Below, piece by piece: positions 1-8,039 of a stretch of 40,049 nt of DNA (within the stretch, counting starts at the first letter, position 1; each line of letters begins with the position of its first letter). The notes under the pieces are model-generated. The model saw nothing but the letters and a program-made list of their open reading frames with translations. It was not told the DNA's origin and made no database searches. Position numbers and translations under genes: made by a program. The stretch comes from a virus (taxonomy: Duplodnaviria > Caudoviricetes): the IMG/VR virus record IMGVR_UViG_3300008255_000230, positions 1 through 40,049 of that record; one strand, written 5' to 3'.

Positions 1-340
1 CTTCTTGCCAACTCATGTCGAGGCGAGAAATGTTTTCTACTAGCTCAACACTCTTTTTCTGCTCATCAGTGAGGGTGGAAGGATAGATTCGGACTAGCAC
101 AGACTTTCGAGAGGCCATCTTAAATCCCTCAATCCGTCGGCCACCAGCCAACAGCTCGTAGGGTTGCTCACTGTTGTCGCGGCGACACACTGCTAGAGAT
201 TGAATCTGACCCATGAAGGTTTTGGAAGAGTTTGAGAGATCCTCCAAATCTCCCATATCTTTCCGAGCTCGGTCTCCCACATAGATTTGTTCAATCGGAA
301 CAATGGCGGCTTCAATATCACCTTCTTTAACTGCACTCAT
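1..340 (-). CDS. ParB/Srx N-terminal domain protein (partial, runs off the left edge)
   Basis: Not in the ORF track. Manual translation from ATG at 340 (AGGAG upstream) gives MSAVKEGDIEAAIVPIEQIYVGDRARKDMGDLEDL...YELLAGGRRIEGF...VELVENISRLDMSWQE, with the GxRR and ExxENxxRxD motifs typical of ParB-N domains. Confidence 0.85.
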   Translation of the reverse strand, partial: MSAVKEGDIEAAIVPIEQIYVGDRARKDMGDLEDLSNSSKTFMGQIQSLAVCRRDNSEQPYELLAGGRRIEGFKMASRKSVLVRIYPSTLTDEQKKSVELVENISRLDMSWQE

Positions 341-354
341 CTTTCTCACACTCC

Positions 355-570
355 TTATCTTTGATAACCAAACGTTACGACAAACGTAATACAGGCTGCC
401 GACATCCAGTACGCCGCGTCCCATGGTTTGTTGTTATACAACCACCATGCAGCACATACCAGGTAGAGAGTAAGTATAACACAGTTCATCAGTTTAATAT
501 GGTCTGGCAAAAAGAACAGTGCAGTGCCAGCCATCAGTAGGAATATGGCAACAATGTGTTTCTCCCTCAT
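355..570 (-). CDS. small membrane protein
   Basis: 71 aa with 2-3 hydrophobic segments; ATGA overlap with the upstream gene. Confidence 0.6.
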   Translation of the reverse strand: MREKHIVAIFLLMAGTALFFLPDHIKLMNCVILTLYLVCAAWWLYNNKPWDAAYWMSAACITFVVTFGYQR

Positions 571-788
571 TTCTTGTTCTCCTGTAACAAACGTTTGAAC
601 TTCTCAAGCTCTTCAACGGTCAAATCACTTACTGCTCTCTTTGTCTTTGCCTTTCGGGTAGTGGATTTTTTCTTTTCCCTGTAGGTTGGGTTGTCCCTGC
701 GGGATTTTCTGATCTCGGCTATCTTCCGAGTTAGTTCCTCGTCCGACATCTCCGAGATTGGTGTCTGCATTTCGTTTAGGTCCATCAT
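567..788 (-). CDS. hypothetical basic protein
   Basis: AAGGAG RBS; Lys-rich linker followed by a short helical C-terminus (SDLTVEELEKFKRLL). Confidence 0.7.
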   Translation of the reverse strand: MMDLNEMQTPISEMSDEELTRKIAEIRKSRRDNPTYREKKKSTTRKAKTKRAVSDLTVEELEKFKRLLQENKK

Positions 789-930
789 CTTTCTCCTTAA
801 GTTTCTTAAGAGCTAAGCTAACATCATAAGCGATGTCGCGGCCAAGATAACCAAGTCCGACACTCTTTAGTATTTGTTCACAGCTGAAGCGTACCTGATC
901 CTCGACCATTTGAAGTTCTTCACTGGTCAT
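625..930 (-). CDS. hypothetical protein
   Basis: AGGAG RBS and start coupled to the upstream gene. The C-terminal half overlaps 567..788 in another frame. Confidence 0.5.
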   Translation of the reverse strand: MTSEELQMVEDQVRFSCEQILKSVGLGYLGRDIAYDVSLALKKLKEKDDGPKRNADTNLGDVGRGTNSEDSRDQKIPQGQPNLQGKEKIHYPKGKDKESSK

Positions 931-1192
931 CTTTCTTCTCCTTTTTCGCTGAGCTCTTTTCTATGTACTCTTGTAGTTTGTTGTAACCAACTCCGATTGC
1001 TCCCGTACAGATTGCGGATAGACCAACTTGTCCGTGGTCCTCCGTGACCTTTAGAACATCGTCAATAAGTCGTTGGAACAGCAGTTTTCGGAAACCAAAA
1101 GGGATTAGTTTCTGCATAGATTGCAGCTGATCCTCCCTGATTTCAACGCTCAAACGTGGGACGTACTCCCAATTCTGCTTTTTCTCACTCAT
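920..1192 (-). CDS. hypothetical protein
   Basis: GAGGA RBS; overlapping start/stop with both neighbours. Confidence 0.7.
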   Translation of the reverse strand: MSEKKQNWEYVPRLSVEIREDQLQSMQKLIPFGFRKLLFQRLIDDVLKVTEDHGQVGLSAICTGAIGVGYNKLQEYIEKSSAKKEKKDDQ

Positions 1193-1478
1193 CTTTTTCC
1201 TCCTCTGAGGTTGTGCTTAAGGTCATCTTTTCTGATATCCTTTTTGTGAAGGTTTCTACCTCAGTTAGTGCTTCCTGATACGTGTTGTAGTACTTATTAA
1301 CTTTTGTTTGTATCTCCCTAGTTGTTTCCTGTCCATCAGAGGTGTGTACACACTCATAAGTGGCTGTAACATACACTTTATAGCCGTTGAGCCCATAGAT
1401 GGCTCTTGATACTCGTATCTCTAAGTTACTTAACTTAGCTTTGTAACTCCTCATTCTTTTACTCCTTCTTTTACTCAT
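1185..1478 (-). CDS. hypothetical protein
   Basis: 97 aa ORF coupled to both neighbours in the operon. Confidence 0.65.
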   Translation of the reverse strand: MSKRRSKRMRSYKAKLSNLEIRVSRAIYGLNGYKVYVTATYECVHTSDGQETTREIQTKVNKYYNTYQEALTEVETFTKRISEKMTLSTTSEEEKDE

Positions 1479-1798
1479 TTAATGTTGCCAGTATATAGTA
1501 CAGATGGATTACTACGCAGTATGTAGTTTAGTATATCTGCGTAGCCACAAAGGTCAATTAGGTTGTCTTGACTGTGTACTGCTGTCTCCCTGCTTAACTT
1601 AACACACATCATGAATAAGGCACCTTCTGCGGCTGTTAAAGTGTGTCCTGAGACAATACGGAAGAGATCTACTGTACGTTGGAAGTCGTATTTTGGGTCT
1701 CCGTACACATCATGCCTGTCTTTTGTTATAAGCTTTTTAGCTTCTTCACAAATTCCACCTAGTTCCTCTATCATTTTCTTCTCCTTTTGGTTGTTCAC
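1475..1798 (-). CDS. DUF6378-like phage protein (putative nucleotide metabolism)
   Basis: Pattern EA..LI..DR..VYGDP...F...MMCVKLSR...DNLIDLCGYA is characteristic of this phage family. Confidence 0.75.
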   Translation of the reverse strand: MNNQKEKKMIEELGGICEEAKKLITKDRHDVYGDPKYDFQRTVDLFRIVSGHTLTAAEGALFMMCVKLSRETAVHSQDNLIDLCGYADILNYILRSNPSVLYTGNIK

Positions 1799-1822
1799 CT
1801 GAGAATTTCTCCTTTTGTTAAT

Positions 1823-2008
1823 TCAACGGGTAGCGCTAATTGACAGCTCAGAATCCCACTTGTAATACACGGTCATTTTTCGCCACGCCCACAGTGCATC
1901 TATCGCTATCCATGGAGAGAGCGCATAGGTTGTGTAGAACCCGTCCGTGGCCTCGTAAAGCCGCAGGCCGTTGTCACGGACACAGCGGACTTGAAGAACA
2001 GTAGTCAT
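1823..2008 (-). CDS. hypothetical protein
   Basis: Start moved to ATG 2008 (MTTVLQVRC) because AAAGGA lies upstream and the longer start falls inside a hairpin. Confidence 0.5.
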   Translation of the reverse strand: MTTVLQVRCVRDNGLRLYEATDGFYTTYALSPWIAIDALWAWRKMTVYYKWDSELSISATR

Positions 2009-2249
2009 GGCTCTTTGCAATCCTTTATGTCTCAATAACCCCCGCAACCGCAGCGCAGTTTTGTACTTAACGCTACAGCTGCGGGGTTGTTGCCCCAGTT
2101 ATTCGCGGTTATTTGTCTAATACAACCACTGGAGCAACATCCAGCCCCGGCATAATGGGCTAGGGCTGGTAAAAGCTTGTGCGGCGCGGGCAATCCGCTG
2201 TGCGCCGTTCATTTATCAACTAACGCTACAGCGTTCCGCGCCGCACAAA

Positions 2250-2288
2250 AACTTTCAACTGTCAGAACTTTCAACTGTCAGAACTTTC
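2250..2288. repeat. 16-bp tandem repeat (AACTTTCAACTGTCAG x2.4)
   Basis: Copies at 2250-2265 and 2266-2281, partial copy at 2282-2288. Confidence 0.9.
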
Positions 2289-2313
2289 GCCAAACCCAGA
2301 GAGTTCATGGATC

Positions 2314-2562
2314 TCACTCCAGCCTGTTTGCCAACTCTCCGGCGGCCCGTGTTGCGACTATGCGCCACTCGCGGAGCATCGGTATTCGGTACAAGTCGGG
2401 GAACATCTGCGCGTAGGCCAACGCTTCTTCGTAGCTCAAAAACACTATGCCTGTCTCCCAGCCATAGCCAACGCCCAATTGTAGTATGTACACAGGGGCC
2501 TCGTATCCACTGGATTTCTGCCGTTCAGCCAGCGTCGGGATTGTGACTGACATTTTCACCAT
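2314..2562 (-). CDS. hypothetical protein
   Basis: 82 aa ORF coupled to the small upstream ORF. Confidence 0.55.
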   Translation of the reverse strand: MVKMSVTIPTLAERQKSSGYEAPVYILQLGVGYGWETGIVFLSYEEALAYAQMFPDLYRIPMLREWRIVATRAAGELANRLE

Positions 2563-2657
2563 AACTCGTACCTGCCCTTTTTTATCTGTGTTACCTTTTT
2601 ACACCATTGATTTGTCGCATCCCATTGCTTGACGGAATCATAGTTGTAGTCGCTCAT
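2556..2657 (-). CDS. small hypothetical protein (33 aa)
   Basis: MSDYNYDSVKQWDATNQWCKKVTQIKKGRYELW; overlaps both neighbours at start and stop, GGAGG upstream. Below the ORF-track cutoff. Confidence 0.45.
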   Translation of the reverse strand: MSDYNYDSVKQWDATNQWCKKVTQIKKGRYELW

Positions 2658-2894
2658 TTCTTCCACCTCCATTGCTTGATCGTCGCACCATATTCCTTGG
2701 TCGGGAACGCTGAATCGAATACTATCAGCGCGTTCTCGCGGCTGTTACTGGACCGCGCTACGCTAGGTGCTGGCACAAACTGCACCCTGGGCGACAGACG
2801 CAGCCACGTCAATGTCGAAGCGAAATTCGTCGTTGAGCACAGCCCAGAACTCCGGCGGCGTACGCCATTCTTGGCGCGGGTCAATTATTTTCAT
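2654..2894 (-). pseudogene. internally deleted, frameshifted phage DNA N6-adenine methyltransferase (Dam-like)
   Basis: Frame A (2894-2763) MKIIDPRQEWRTPPEFWAVLNDEFRFDIDVAAS matches the phage Dam N-terminus (WxTP...F..D.AA). Frame B LSPRVQFVPAPSVARSSNSRENALIVF matches the C-terminus. The NPPY/F catalytic core is absent. Confidence 0.7.
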
Positions 2895-3054
2895 CTTCTC
2901 AATCCTCTTTTGCTATTTGCTAAAAGATGGCTGCTATAGCCTTACAACTTGGGATTATTTAACTATAGCAGCCACCGTCATCTGTGGTGGTGTAGGTAAC
3001 AGTGGCCACAGACAACACCCAGTGCTAACATAGCAGGTTAGTACTGGAAAAAGG

Positions 3055-3456
3055 TTACTTTGACTTGACCCAGCGCTTCACATCATTCTGCGTTCCGTAG
3101 ACATCATCTTCGGATTGGCTAAGAATGACCCACGCCGTCTTACCTTGGTAATCCTCAGCGTCGGAGATTGCACCGCTGATCCCGAGTGCTTCATGAGCTG
3201 TTTTAAGGCGACGAAGTTTGTTGTTCTTCTTCAACTCTTCATCTTCTGGCCGAGGATAATTGAGGAACGTAGTGAAGTTTTTCACATTGTCAAAGTTCTC
3301 ACCACTGGCAAGCTGTATGACTTTGCAAGTGAGGAGGACATAACGCCGTTCTTCATTGGGGACAGCGGAGAGTACTTCAATCTTCGCTTCCGTCGCGTTC
3401 TCCAGTGCGATTTGCTCCGGAATGTCATCGAGGTTCACATTGAGAAAGTCTTCCAT
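3055..3456 (-). CDS. putative single-stranded DNA-binding protein (DUF669-like)
   Basis: Beta-rich, C-terminal YG.QNDVKRW motif, located directly after an AAA_24 ATPase. Confidence 0.6.
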   Translation of the reverse strand: MEDFLNVNLDDIPEQIALENATEAKIEVLSAVPNEERRYVLLTCKVIQLASGENFDNVKNFTTFLNYPRPEDEELKKNNKLRRLKTAHEALGISGAISDAEDYQGKTAWVILSQSEDDVYGTQNDVKRWVKSK

Positions 3457-3477
3457 AATCAGTTCCCTTTTAGTCTT

Positions 3478-3512
3478 TGAGCTATGCTCAGTTTCGGTTC
3501 ATTATTTGAACC
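3478..3512. promoter_or_regulatory. double-palindrome element TGAGCTATGCTCA-N6-GTTCA-N5-TGAAC (copy 1)
   Basis: Intergenic; a second copy with identical spacing lies at 15585-15618. Confidence 0.6.
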
Positions 3513-3519
3513 AGTTGTC

Positions 3520-4326
3520 TCACACTTTATCATCTGCATTGAGCCCCGCCTTTTTTATGAGATACCTGATGTCTGGTTTCTCTTCACGTGAGAAAATACC
3601 AGATCCAATACGGGTAGCAGCTCTGTATTCGGAGAAGTTCTCGGTTATAAACACTCTTTCTGAGCCACTACTACTCTCTTTATTAATAAGAGTGTAGTAC
3701 TCCTGAAAGTGGACTGGTAATCTCTCACCTGATTGACCTGGCAACATCAGCTTTTTTATAATGTTGCCGAGAGCCTCATCTTTGTCCCTTTCAAGGTGTC
3801 CCAATATAAGAGTGTGACATGGGAGAGCACTGAGTGAGATTACAACATTGGTCATCTGATGGTACAAGGTCATCCAATCCTGAATCCGCATTCCTTGCCC
3901 TTCACCTGATTTAGAGCTCATATTGGAGGGGCTTCTACCTTCTTTGTGCATAATCTGACGGATTAGTGCATCGCAGAAGGTTGTAGTACTATCCAAGATG
4001 TACGTTCCAAGTGAATTGAAGAAGCCATTATTTCCGAGTTCATGATATTCTTTCTCCCATAAGCTGTAGGCGGTGGGATGAACTCGGTCATCTTCCTCAA
4101 ATCGGGTATCGACAAAGATTTTTCCCTCTTTAATCTCCTTTCGTAGTGTAACAGTTCCACCACTATCAAAGCTGTGGATGAGCACTGGTGCTGGACAGGT
4201 CTTAGCTAAAGAGGTCTTTCCAACACCTTTTTCACCAATAACACAGCCATGAAAGAAGTTAATGGTGGAACTTTCCTCCATTCGTTTCTTTATCTCGGCA
4301 AACTTAGTCTTGACATCAAAGGCCAT
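3520..4326 (-). CDS. AAA_24 / Sak4-like P-loop ATPase (phage recombination)
   Basis: Walker A GEKGVGKTS, Walker B YILDS, ILGH motif; sits between a nuclease and an SSB-like gene. Confidence 0.85.
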   Translation of the reverse strand: MAFDVKTKFAEIKKRMEESSTINFFHGCVIGEKGVGKTSLAKTCPAPVLIHSFDSGGTVTLRKEIKEGKIFVDTRFEEDDRVHPTAYSLWEKEYHELGNNGFFNSLGTYILDSTTTFCDALIRQIMHKEGRSPSNMSSKSGEGQGMRIQDWMTLYHQMTNVVISLSALPCHTLILGHLERDKDEALGNIIKKLMLPGQSGERLPVHFQEYYTLINKESSSGSERVFITENFSEYRAATRIGSGIFSREEKPDIRYLIKKAGLNADDKV

Positions 4327-4347
4327 TTTTTAGCTCCTAACAAGTTT

Positions 4348-5382
4348 TTACGTTGGAAATGGGAAGTCGGCACTACTCAACTCTTTCCTCTCAACAACCT
4401 CTGGCTCCACTCTCTCTTTGTTGAGAAGCATAGCTCCGTCTTTCAACAAGTATTTTGCCTCTTTATCATGTGAGCGGGGATTCCAGAAATTAGTGGTCAT
4501 CCCCAAAGGTGGGGAATCTGCACTTCTGAGAGGATTAACCCAAGCGGCGCACAAATCAAGGTATGGACATACACCATATTGAGTACATGAGTCAGTTCTT
4601 CGTGGAAAACTCTCTAGGATTTGGTCACCTTCTTTACATTCCATAAGCTGGTCGAAGTTCCAATCTAGTTCTTTCAAAATATATTGGATATCGAACAACC
4701 AGCTCAGTAGGTGCTCATCGTTCTTTTGGATTGGAAGTCTGATAAAGCCATTTCCAGTCTTTCTAAGCAAAATCCCATTTACTTTCATCCCAAAGACTGG
4801 CTCATTTGGAAAGATGCACTTAAGTGCATGAGTGTAAGCGGACATCTGAAGGGAGAGGTCAAACTGACGTCTCCATTGAGTACTGTCACGGCTAGATGTT
4901 TTGTGGTCTATGGAGAAGATTCCTTCGGCGCCACGACAGATTGTGTCCATCTTAAAATGGAGGAATTCATACTCACTTATTGGGACTGACCCAGCGACCT
5001 CTGTATAAAGAACTTCGAAGTTCTCAGAACCGTTGTAGTGCTCACAGTATTGTTCTAACGCCAGTGAGCCATTAGACAAGTTCTTTGGGGACCATTGACC
5101 CTCTTCCTCAATAGAAAAGTGTTTGAGATAATGGTTCTTGAAAGCGTCAATTGCTTGTCTCACACACTCTATTGGGTAGTGGGAGTTTGTTAGCCCTTCC
5201 ATCAGCTTTTCCATCCCCAGATGGATTGCCGTACCAAACTCAAGGTGAATATTAGGTTGGTCCGAGGTCCATCCGAGAATGTGGCGAAAGAAGAAGTAGC
5301 GCGGACATTTTTGGAAATCGTTCAGCTTACTAGAGTCCCTAACCATTACGGCGGGATCAAGCTTTAGTTGATGTCCATCCAT
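4348..5382 (-). CDS. PD-(D/E)XK exonuclease, Cas4/AddB-like with Fe-S staple
   Basis: N-terminal FQKCPRY, GTAIH, catalytic E...KMD...IDHKT, QMSAY, C-terminal CTQYGVCPYLDLC (1+3 Cys). Confidence 0.88.
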   Translation of the reverse strand: MDGHQLKLDPAVMVRDSSKLNDFQKCPRYFFFRHILGWTSDQPNIHLEFGTAIHLGMEKLMEGLTNSHYPIECVRQAIDAFKNHYLKHFSIEEEGQWSPKNLSNGSLALEQYCEHYNGSENFEVLYTEVAGSVPISEYEFLHFKMDTICRGAEGIFSIDHKTSSRDSTQWRRQFDLSLQMSAYTHALKCIFPNEPVFGMKVNGILLRKTGNGFIRLPIQKNDEHLLSWLFDIQYILKELDWNFDQLMECKEGDQILESFPRRTDSCTQYGVCPYLDLCAAWVNPLRSADSPPLGMTTNFWNPRSHDKEAKYLLKDGAMLLNKERVEPEVVERKELSSADFPFPT

Positions 5383-5473
5383 CTCATATATTCCTTTCTC
5401 TCAGTTCTTAACAACAAGAATCTGGGCAGGAGCCCAGCGGAGTTTGAAAACTGAACTCCTGCCCATTGCTCAG

Positions 5474-5556
5474 CTGGTTAGCTGTTCAGCGAATTAGCTG
5501 TTCAGCGAATAACTGGTTAGCTGTTCAGCGAATAACTGGTTAGCTGTTCAGCGAAT
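5474..5556. repeat. tandem repeat, core TTAGCTGTTCAGCGAAT x4 (period 23/16)
   Basis: Cores at 5478, 5494, 5517 and 5540; the last copy encodes the end and stop codon of 5540..5896. Confidence 0.92.
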
Positions 5557-5896
5557 CGAGGAAAGCCTGACGTTCTTCGTCCGTCATGCTGTTGAAGAGC
5601 TCCATAGCTTTGTCGGCCTTGTCCTTGCCCTTTACTTGACCTACGGATGGGACCCAATCTTCGAGAGCCAATAAAGCTTCCTCTGCGCTCTTCGGCTCTT
5701 TGCCATGAGTCAGGGAGAAGAGTTTGTTCCGCTTAGAGGTCTTTGCCCCGATTACGAAGTTGTAAAAGACGACATCCTCACCCCACTTCTGGAGTGCATC
5801 CTGCAAGTTGGAGCCAACATCATACGTGCACACGACGGTGCTTTCGTCAGCGTGCTTCACTGAGATTTTGCCAGAGCCGACGTTCTCATTAGACAT
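5540..5896 (-). CDS. hypothetical protein
   Basis: AAGGA RBS; 118 aa; C-terminal MTDEERQAFL helix. Confidence 0.75.
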   Translation of the reverse strand: MSNENVGSGKISVKHADESTVVCTYDVGSNLQDALQKWGEDVVFYNFVIGAKTSKRNKLFSLTHGKEPKSAEEALLALEDWVPSVGQVKGKDKADKAMELFNSMTDEERQAFLDSLNS

Positions 5897-6366
5897 AGTT
5901 CTTTTCCTTTAGTCGTTAGATGATTAAAATATCCGACATGGACATGTTCTGGAGGGCAGCCCATCTTTTTGGACCACCACTCTCTTTCAAGGTGATTCAT
6001 CAGCTGGGTGTTCAACTCAAAAGTTAGGTCACGACAAAACTCCTTTATGGTTACATTGGTGATTAGAGTACCGAAGTGGTGAAGTACATAAGGTGAAGGT
6101 AGGCCACCATCTTTGTTTCTCCCCACTTTTGGTTCAGTAATTGAACCTGACTGGAGAACCCAATAAGCTTTGGGGATATCAAGAAAGTTCTCATTATAGC
6201 TGTTAAGTAATTGTGACACCAAAGATGGGTCATACTTATCAGCTACTTTTAGAGACGGTATCTTTATTAGCTCATCTTTTTGGAAGATGAGAATTTGGAA
6301 AGATATAACCGTTCTCTTATCAGAACAAATCTTGTATTGGATACAAAGATTGTGTAGCTCCATCAT
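5857..6366 (-). CDS. hypothetical protein
   Basis: 169 aa ORF filling the operon gap. Confidence 0.6.
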   Translation of the reverse strand: MMELHNLCIQYKICSDKRTVISFQILIFQKDELIKIPSLKVADKYDPSLVSQLLNSYNENFLDIPKAYWVLQSGSITEPKVGRNKDGGLPSPYVLHHFGTLITNVTIKEFCRDLTFELNTQLMNHLEREWWSKKMGCPPEHVHVGYFNHLTTKGKELCLMRTSALAKSQ

Positions 6367-6396
6367 CTTTTAGTCCCTTACCGATCTTTTAGTCCC

Positions 6397-6768
6397 CTAT
6401 CGATCTTCCATCGCGTTCAGTGCCTCTTCCAATCTCTTGTTTAGATGTTTTATCTTGGTTACGGACTCAGGTAGTTCTAGCTCCCTACTAAGTGCCTCTT
6501 CCAAGCTGTGTCGACCACGACCACTTCTGTTACAATTACCATAGCCTAGTTTTACCATAACAGATAGGGCCTCATCAGTGAACTCTATCTCCTTAATAAG
6601 ATTGTTTGCCATTAAAACTCCTCGTAAGTCCTCACAGATTTGACGCCCCAGCTCACTTCTGGAATGAAGAGTTTGGTCTCTCTCCTTATAGAAGGTAGCT
6701 AACTCAGCTAGTGTTCGGATATCAACTCGACATTCAATCACCGCGGAGTTTCCTTTCTCTCTGCCCAT
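6397..6768 (-). CDS. hypothetical protein (possible DNA-binding regulator)
   Basis: First gene after the 6832-6860 promoter; AGGTGG RBS; beta-alpha-alpha-like N-terminus. Confidence 0.65.
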   Translation of the reverse strand: MGREKGNSAVIECRVDIRTLAELATFYKERDQTLHSRSELGRQICEDLRGVLMANNLIKEIEFTDEALSVMVKLGYGNCNRSGRGRHSLEEALSRELELPESVTKIKHLNKRLEEALNAMEDR

Positions 6769-6831
6769 TAAATCACCACCTTTGTGTTTGGAAATACGTC
6801 TTTTGGATTACCCCTTGTTAAGTCTAATGCC

Positions 6832-6860
6832 ATTATACGCTATTGCGGGCGAAAAGTCAA
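6832..6860 (-). promoter_or_regulatory. sigma70-type promoter
   Basis: Minus strand TTGACT-17 bp-TATAAT, about 60 bp upstream of 6768. Confidence 0.85.
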
Positions 6861-6900
6861 GATATTAATTTGTGCTATTCATCATCTCACACACTTATCA

Positions 6901-6959
6901 TATTTTTTCCACTAATAATCTTTTTTTCCACTAATCTTCTTTTTTCCACTAATAATCTT
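6901..6959. repeat. three imperfect copies of TTTTTTCCACTAAT(AAT)CT
   Basis: Read directly; A-tract repeats upstream of the 6860 promoter. Confidence 0.8.
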
Positions 6960-6977
6960 GGTTCATTACCCAAATTG

Positions 6978-7019
6978 GGTGGCGGATCCAAGCTTTCTTC
7001 AAAACTCAGATCCGCCACC
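6978..7019 (-). terminator. long GC-rich hairpin after 7038..7247 (terminator or processing site)
   Basis: GGTGGCGGATC/GATCCGCCACC, extended by G-U pairs on the minus strand; no clear U-tract. Confidence 0.45.
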
Positions 7020-7037
7020 AGAACTCAGATTCAGCCC

Positions 7038-7247
7038 CTACTCAGCTTCGACAGCCGACAGGTTGAAGAGGAGGACAATACGACTGGTGAACTTCAAGAT
7101 CTCTTCGTGAAGAGCTGTGGCATTCTCCTGATCTTTAATCCACTCCGAAAGCTTCTCAGAGTTCTCAATCTGGTCGATGGGGAGACTGATGGAGTAGCTA
7201 TCTGAGTAGCCAGTTGTCAAAGTGATGTTTGCCTTAAGCGTGTACAT
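7038..7247 (-). CDS. hypothetical protein
   Basis: Start reassigned to ATG 7247 (MYTLKAN) after AAAGGA. Confidence 0.6.
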   Translation of the reverse strand: MYTLKANITLTTGYSDSYSISLPIDQIENSEKLSEWIKDQENATALHEEILKFTSRIVLLFNLSAVEAE

Positions 7248-7284
7248 AGTTAATCCTTTTGTGCGAAGCACATTGGTTGTAATA

Positions 7285-7470
7285 CTACCGTTTGACGTAC
7301 GCGTTCAGTCCGAGTACAAGCTCATGACCTTCGACGATAACCCCAGTTGGGACGTTGCCGCCAGTTGAGGCCACTACCAAGCTCTTTCCGGTCTTGGAAG
7401 CTTTGAGGGGTTTGTTAATTGGAATTTCAATCACCAGTTTGTCCCCATCCATCTTAACTTTCATCTTCAT
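7285..7470 (-). CDS. small beta-rich hypothetical protein
   Basis: KLVIEIP...SKTGKSLVVASTGGN...LGLNAY; AAAGGAG RBS. Confidence 0.75.
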   Translation of the reverse strand: MKMKVKMDGDKLVIEIPINKPLKASKTGKSLVVASTGGNVPTGVIVEGHELVLGLNAYVKR

Positions 7471-7494
7471 CTCCTTTCGGCCTATGGCCGGTTG

Positions 7495-7869
7495 TTAGTT
7501 AGTTTTGATCTGGATATCCCGTTCGGCTGCGTTTTGCGCTTCCCTTGTTAGGCTCAACGCTCTTTCGATGTTCTTAGGGGAAAGGTCAAACTCTTCTTTG
7601 TTGATAACTCGGAGAATGTGCCACTTCCATATGAACCATTCAATACCCTCTTTGAGAAGTATATCCAAGAGGAAGATGTCATTCAACTCGTTTTGGAACT
7701 CCTTATCTACGAGGTGCCATAAGGAAGGTGGGCACAGAGAAATCTGTTCTCTCAACTCATTTGGTATGATATTGCTCAGTTGTAGTGACAAATCCTCCTT
7801 TCTATCCACCAATTTGTGGAGTTCCCTAATAGATTTGCAGAGGAAAACAGCTCTTTGAGATTTGATCAT
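7495..7869 (-). CDS. hypothetical protein
   Basis: 124 aa; GGAGG RBS; ATGA overlap with the upstream ORF. Confidence 0.65.
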   Translation of the reverse strand: MIKSQRAVFLCKSIRELHKLVDRKEDLSLQLSNIIPNELREQISLCPPSLWHLVDKEFQNELNDIFLLDILLKEGIEWFIWKWHILRVINKEEFDLSPKNIERALSLTREAQNAAERDIQIKTN

Positions 7870-8039
7870 TTGAAGAGAGCCTCCGCAAATTTCTCCAAGT
7901 CCACATGGGACATGGACTTAATATGGGATGTCCACCACGCCTCATTAGCTAATGACCAGGTTCCGCGCTCGTGAAAAAGTGCAATCAGCGATTTCAGAAC
8001 TGAGTTCTGCATCATTTTGATTTCCTCGATACTCTTCAT
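7866..8039 (-). CDS. hypothetical protein (57 aa)
   Basis: Manual translation MKSIEEIKMMQNSVLKSLIALFHERGTWSLANEAWW...EALFK; fills the gap exactly, GAGGG RBS. Confidence 0.6.
   Translation of the reverse strand: MKSIEEIKMMQNSVLKSLIALFHERGTWSLANEAWWTSHIKSMSHVDLEKFAEALFK

Noticed and set aside
2033-2248. Integron attC sites
   Set aside because: No correctly placed RYYYAAC/GTTRRRY ends on the stems and no integrase.
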